This document shows positions 58,436-64,000 of a stretch of 64,000 bases of DNA, piece after piece. Within the stretch, counting starts at the first letter, position 1. Every line of letters starts with the position of its first letter. The translations under genes were made by a program, and so were the position numbers. This DNA comes from Marsupella aquatica (lineage: Eukaryota > Plantae > Marchantiophyta), in assembly GCA_973895155.1 (NCBI GenBank), contig OZ316892.1, positions 8,415,251 to 8,479,250 on the forward strand, written 5' to 3'. A model generated the notes under the pieces. That model searched no databases, was not told where the DNA came from, and saw only the letters and a list, made by a program, of their open reading frames with translations.

Positions 58436-60271
58436 ATGGACTCCTTGTTAGCCAATTATGGTTCTGATGAAGAAAATGCCGATTCTCCGCCCAGATCGCC
58501 GAGGCCTGCCTTTGTGAAGACTGCTGTAGCCCCTGCACCAGATTGGAATCGTCCGTCTTTTTCTGGGTCTCTCCCGCCTCCCAAAAATTCTGCTCCAGAG
58601 ACATCATCCCTGTGGGATGATGAGGACGAACCAGTGAGACGGTTCAATAAAAATTCTGTTCATAATCCCGGAGATGGCCAGCAACGAAAGCGACCTCCAA
58701 CCTCTTTGTTCAATTCCTTGCCACTTCCCAATAATACCGCTCTTAAAACTGCTGTTCGGGATGATGAGGACGAACCTCTGAAACGTCCTAAGAGAGAGAT
58801 TGGTGACGGGGAGAGTGACCTAGAACTAACAGCTCCTACAACCACTTTCTTCAGTTCTTTGCGTCCTCCCAAAATTGAGAATGGCGGTTGGGGTGATCCT
58901 CCCAAAGTAGGTCCCAAAGCACCTAAGCTAGAACCTGTGGATGACGACAGAGTAGAGATGAAACAGAGTGGCGCTCGCTTCTCAAATCTACTCACTCCCA
59001 AACTTGAACCAGCAACAGTTCCGACAAATTTCTTCGACAATCGTGGCTCTCTTGCAGATGAGCTTTCCGAAAAAGATAATATCTCTGAAGGGAAGACATC
59101 TTCTTTGTTTGCAAAGTTGCCACCTCCTGCATCATCTTCGAAGCCTTTGTTTGGGAAGCTCCCTCCTCCATCTACCTCTAAGGCAAAGCAAGTGGTGTCG
59201 TTCAAGCCTCCGATCAATTATGCACTTCTAGAAACCAAGGAGGAAGACGATTTGGAGCGGAGTAGAAAACGATCAAAGCTTTCTAAGCAGAATGACACAG
59301 CAACAAAACCTGAAGTAGGGGACGACCTAATTGCCTTGCTTCCAGCACCCAAAAACAGTTTGGGATCAGGGGCAGCTCTCGGTGGTGGTGGCTCCCAGGG
59401 CGGACGCCGCACTGTGATGGAGACCGCATCTGACCCCTACAGGATGGCCAGGGAGCCACATTCTATCCCCGGCCCTGGAAATCTCTCTCGTAAAGTAGAG
59501 AAATCTGAGTCGAAGGTCGAAGTAGTAGGGGTTTCAAATTATGGATATGGGATGGAACCGGCTGTACAATCAAGCGAAGTCTCTTATGCACAACCTGATG
59601 GCGGGTACCATGATCCCCATCATGGAAATGCCCAACAGGTATATGCACCTTATGAGTATGAAACTGGTGATAGATATTCGGTTGGGAACGGGTATGTTGA
59701 ACAGAGTTGGCAGTACCCTGAAGAAAATGCATATGGCACTACGAGCCAGCAGAGCCAAGGAAGTACTCCTGTAAATGTGCTTGCAGAGGTTGTGAAGAAG
59801 GAGAGGAGAAAAGGAAGGGATGAGCCGCCGCCTCAGATGATCGAAGTGAAGCAGGCTGACCTTACTGGTGGATCGAAATTGAGGGAGGACCAGATCCGCA
59901 CAACTGGTATTGCGTTTGGCCCTAATTACAAGGTATGTCTGGATCTCTTAACACCTTATTCGTATTTCTTTCTTCCCAACCTTCTGATCATGTGGGCTTC
60001 ATGATGGGAGAGGTAGTACTCCGTAATCCGTATAGACTCTGCTTATTTGGAGTCATGTGATGGTTCTGCCGAATGGTAAACTTAAATTTTGGTGGGAAAA
60101 ATTGATCAGCCTGCTGCATCAAACAAAGATAAGCCGTCGAAAGTTCACCGAAGGAAACACCAAATTGGAGCTCTGTATTTCGACATGAAACAGAACGAGA
60201 TGAATTTGCTTGATAGACGTTCGAAGGGCAACTTGACAAAGGCCGAGACTCAGGCTAAGTATGGTTGGTGA
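58436..60271 (+). CDS. PRCC: PRCC-family proline-rich protein (spliceosome-associated), about 552 aa, 2 exons
   Basis: Exons 58436-59932 and 60110-60271 (GT-AG). N-terminus MDSLLANYGSDEE; C-terminal PRCC domain PREDQ-like LREDQ...GIAFGP...KPSKVHRRKHQIGALYFDMKQNE...TKAETQAKYGW. Confidence 0.93.
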
Positions 60272-60691
60272 AGGTCCTCTGGGATCATCATTGAGCACAT
60301 ATGTTGTACAAAGTGCTTCTGATCTATTGAAAGCTGAAAGTGGGTCATTAGAGAGATGACTATACATTTGGATTGCCAGAGAAATATACTATTTGTATCC
60401 ATGCATCAAGAGGGACCAGTTCTGATTGGGGCAATTAACTGAGCCTCAACCTGCATCCTCAGTCGCATTATTTGCCACCCTTCACAATGAATGGTGGCAA
60501 ATAGTGCGAGAAATGAATGTGTAAACTGAGGCTCAGTGTGCTTTCATGTCCACACAGTAGCAACATGCGTGATCTGGATCCTTGCAGCTGGATTTAATTG
60601 CACAATCAGCTGGGGATTTCTAGGCAAGGAATTGTATGAAAACATGAGTGAAAATCAGCAATGTTCTCACATAGAGAGCAGAGCATGTCGC

Positions 60692-60792
60692 CCGAGTCAT
60701 CAAAAGCTCAACTTGGAATACAGTTGTAATCGACCTTCGAGTCGTCCGAGTCATGAAAAGCTCAACTTGGAGTACAGTTGTAATCGACCTTT
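60692..60792. repeat. 54-bp tandem duplication
   Basis: ccgagtcat.aaaagctcaacttgga.tacagttgtaatcgacctt occurs twice. Confidence 0.85.
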
Positions 60793-62269
60793 GAATCGCT
60801 TCTGGATATCCATGCTTTGAAGTTAATAACAAGTCGGCGCATCTGAGCCCCTGCACTGAAAATTGACCCTCTTTAATGAAAATTGAAGATAACCATTGAA
60901 CAGACTGAATAGACAGGAGAATCAAGTCGTCCAACTCGCATTCAGTGTGTTGGACCAACTGGTGAGGCTTTTCGTGCTCACATGACTAACGAGATAACTC
61001 AAGAGATAACTCTGATTTGAACATGGATCAGACTTATCTCTTGATCATGTCGGCCTCACGAGTGTTCTTTAAGAGAATGAATCAGAGTTGTCTCTTAGAG
61101 TCATTCGTGTTCACGAGTGTGCTCGAGAGAAAACTCTGATTCGAAAGCAAGGTTGTCGTCGCCGTGACTATGTAGGAACACCAAGGCCCAGAAGGAGGGG
61201 AGCTCAATGATTTGCCCTCCTGCCTTTCTCTTCTTCTTGTTGTGGTCCATTTCCTCACACCAAATGCAAATCAAGTAGGGTGGCCTTTACCATCCTTTGG
61301 CGAGCTGAGGCTGTTGGATTTAGGGCTTCTAGTCAACTCCCCTTCGTGACTCTCCTATCTTGTTAACCCCGGAGCTCTACCAAGTGTTTCAGTACATGGC
61401 TCAATAGGGTTCTTGCTCTTTGGCTGTTCGTTGGGGTTCCTATCCTTTGGCCCTGGGGGCTTTTTGGCTTTTGCATTTTTGCGGTTTTCTCCTTTTGTTT
61501 CCCCCTCTATTGGGTTTTTTGGCCTTTGGGATCATCTCTTTTGGTTCGGCATTGTTGTTCCTTGGCAGTTATAAGACTTGGAGACATTCTTTGCTAGATA
61601 CAAAATTGTTGGCAAAGGAGTGAATGGATGGGCCACTGGTGGTACCATGGTGACATTAAGGTCAATAATTTGTCTTTGGGCCCCCAGGTGGTCCCACAAT
61701 TTCAGTCTAGCTCTTATAAGCTGTCCAGTGATAGGACCCTTGCAACTTATGTTCTTGCTACCACTTGGTGGTTGATCTGGGCTGCCTGGCCGGATTAGTG
61801 GATTGCTTTTCTGCTGTTTCGGGCCCTTGTCCCTGGGGATGTCATGTTGGGTTAGGGCCCTCTCCGGTTTCCTTGACAGAAATAGAAATGGAATTGCACT
61901 CAGGTTCCATCACTCTTGGAGACATTCTATGCTAGATCCTGCATTGTTGGCAAAGCAGTGAATTTTACTATGTTATCCCTTATTGGAAAAATAGTGCCAG
62001 AACAGCAGCCATAAGGGATGTGTGCAAAATTGGAGCATTTTGCTCTAGGATTTGCCAGTTCACTCAGTTCATTGAGAGAAACTAGCCAAATATCCAATGG
62101 TGGAGATGCAACCCATCATTATCTGATAATATTTCAAATATAGGCTTTATAGAGAATAATTCAGCAACCAACACTACAGATTGAGAGTGCAAGCCAAAAA
62201 GTCACGGATTGCAACTCCAGTAGTTCAAACCTGTTAGGCATCCATGCATCTGAGTTCTTGAAGGGAACA

Positions 62270-62430
62270 GTGAGGTATTGCTTAATGGACCCCCAAACCA
62301 AACTTTTCTCTTCAACCAACCATTCAAGGTTTTAAGTTCGTTGATGAAAAGTCTATCAATGGTCCAGATCATTCAGGGATCCACCAAGTAATACTTTTCA
62401 TTTTAGGTGTCCATCAAGCATATGCCTCAC
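62270..62430. mobile_element. About 160-bp MITE with TIRs resembling the MULE at 1832-3350
   Basis: Left gtgaggtattgcttaatggacccc; reverse complement of the right end gtgaggcatatgcttgatggacacc; compare the MULE TIR gagatatatgcttgatggg. No clear TSD. Confidence 0.5.
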
Positions 62431-64000
62431 ATATATTACATTTTAAAGATAATTTTATAATACTAAGTCTATACCATTGTATAATTAATTTGGATAAAGT
62501 TTAAGACCTTGTTTTGACACATCTAGGGGAGGTTTTTAGTTGCGGATCTTGACTACTCTACCACTTAGCTCCAGTGTCAAGCTCTTCTATGGTCCAGACG
62601 CCAGGATGGCCATCCAAAGGGGATGAAGTATGAAGAGCTTGAGAGCAAGGGAGTGTTACACCAGCAAAGGCAATGCGCTAAGTTGGGGTCGCGCACAAGG
62701 GATTTGGACTGGCAATAAGAGCTGGTCAGACCATGAGCAGGGTCAAGCTCGAGGTGGACCATCTCAACTCCAAGACAGGTCTTGAGCTCTAAGGGCTTGA
62801 GTGAAAGCTCCTCTTGGGCCTAAGTGCATGGAAGTTTAATTAGTTCATGTGAAACAGACGCTTAATGCATGACAATGGGCGGGGGCTTGGGTGGAGCTGC
62901 CTGGGACCCCTGACAAACCTTGAGTCTTGAGGGTGGGCGAGTGTGATACGGTTAGTGTGTTGAGGTTAAGTTGAGGGTACTGATTTCTGTCCAGTGATGA
63001 AAACTGACAGAATATTGACTGTTAGATACTTTGCTTAACCAGGGATGGAAAAAGGTGGCAAGGTAATAATGAAACTGAAAGGGATGACAAAATATGTAAT
63101 GAGACCAAAAAAAAAAATGGCTATGTATCAAAATATGTAATGGACAAAAAAAGAGTGGCTATGAGTAAATTGCATAAACTTTATGTGATATATACTTGTG
63201 GTGTTCAAGTTTTGCTCATGCATTTAGTGGAAGGAACTACTCGTTCACTACCCAGCAACCCTTCTGCTGCCTGCCACTAATCACACATCAAAATGTGGTA
63301 ATATAGTGTGCACTAATTGATTTAAATAAAAGACCTGCCAGTAATCAAGTAATACAGTGTGCACTCATTGATTTAAAAAAAGAAGAAAATAACAGGTTTA
63401 TCATGGTATGGAGGGTTGTCTGTGGAGGATGTCTTACATATTTTGATGTGCAAAAGAAAATAACAAGGTTTATCATAATATGGAGGGTTGTCTATGGAGG
63501 ATGTCTTACATACTATATGTCATATTTTGATGTGCGGGTACGAGGACCCCTTCGACTGCACAGAGTATATGTGTAAACTTTCGTGTCAAACCGTGAAGGC
63601 AACATGACTGTGCATCTGTCACGGCAAAATGCTCTGGTGCTGCTCCTTTCTGGATGTTTCGTCATATGGGTAGGCCTTGCAAATCATAATCGGGCAAGGG
63701 TCAACTAGTGTATGAGATATATCACTGCTATGTCATGCAACCGGTGCGTTTTGTGTCGGCGCTTTGCGTAGATTGATGGACGAGGGTTTCATCCTTCCCT
63801 CCCTTCTCCGTTGCGAGCTGTAGCGTGCTATAGGACGGGTAATAATCCTGCGCGATGGAGGCTCTTCAATCGAGCTACACGCAGTTCAGGAAGGCTAAGG
63901 TGGCAGAGTATGGACTCCCGACCGCCGTCCGCACCGCTGCAAGAAGACTATGCTGAGACATCGAGAGAGAGGCTGATCGAGAGAAAGCTTCAGAACAGAA

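Noticed and set aside
63840-64000. Possible 5' leader of a next gene
   Set aside because: Cut by the window edge; no coding evidence visible.

Overview
Eukaryotic land-plant genomic DNA, probably from a bryophyte such as a liverwort (inferred from gene models, long leaders and composition; not proven). Five intact protein-coding genes can be spliced by hand with GT-AG introns and consistent frames: a PRAF/RLD (PH-RCC1-FYVE-BRX) gene (-), SERRATE (-), an ABCC/MRP transporter (+), an intronless double-ZIP zinc-transporter-like gene (+) and a PRCC-family gene (+). The intergenic DNA holds the following: an LTR-retroelement family (one LTR with a tRNA-iMet PBS and two solo LTRs), a Mutator-like element with a 10-bp TSD that carries a nested solo LTR, two related minisatellite-filled Helitrons, several MITE/foldback remnants and many local tandem duplications. 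The most interesting unexplained signals are a 234-nt near-perfect hairpin without a TSD (candidate MIR or hairpin-siRNA locus), degenerate tandem arrays sitting directly upstream of three genes, and a long uORF in frame with the PRAF/RLD start. I see no prokaryotic-type system (CRISPR, operon) and cannot support a claim of a new multi-gene system.
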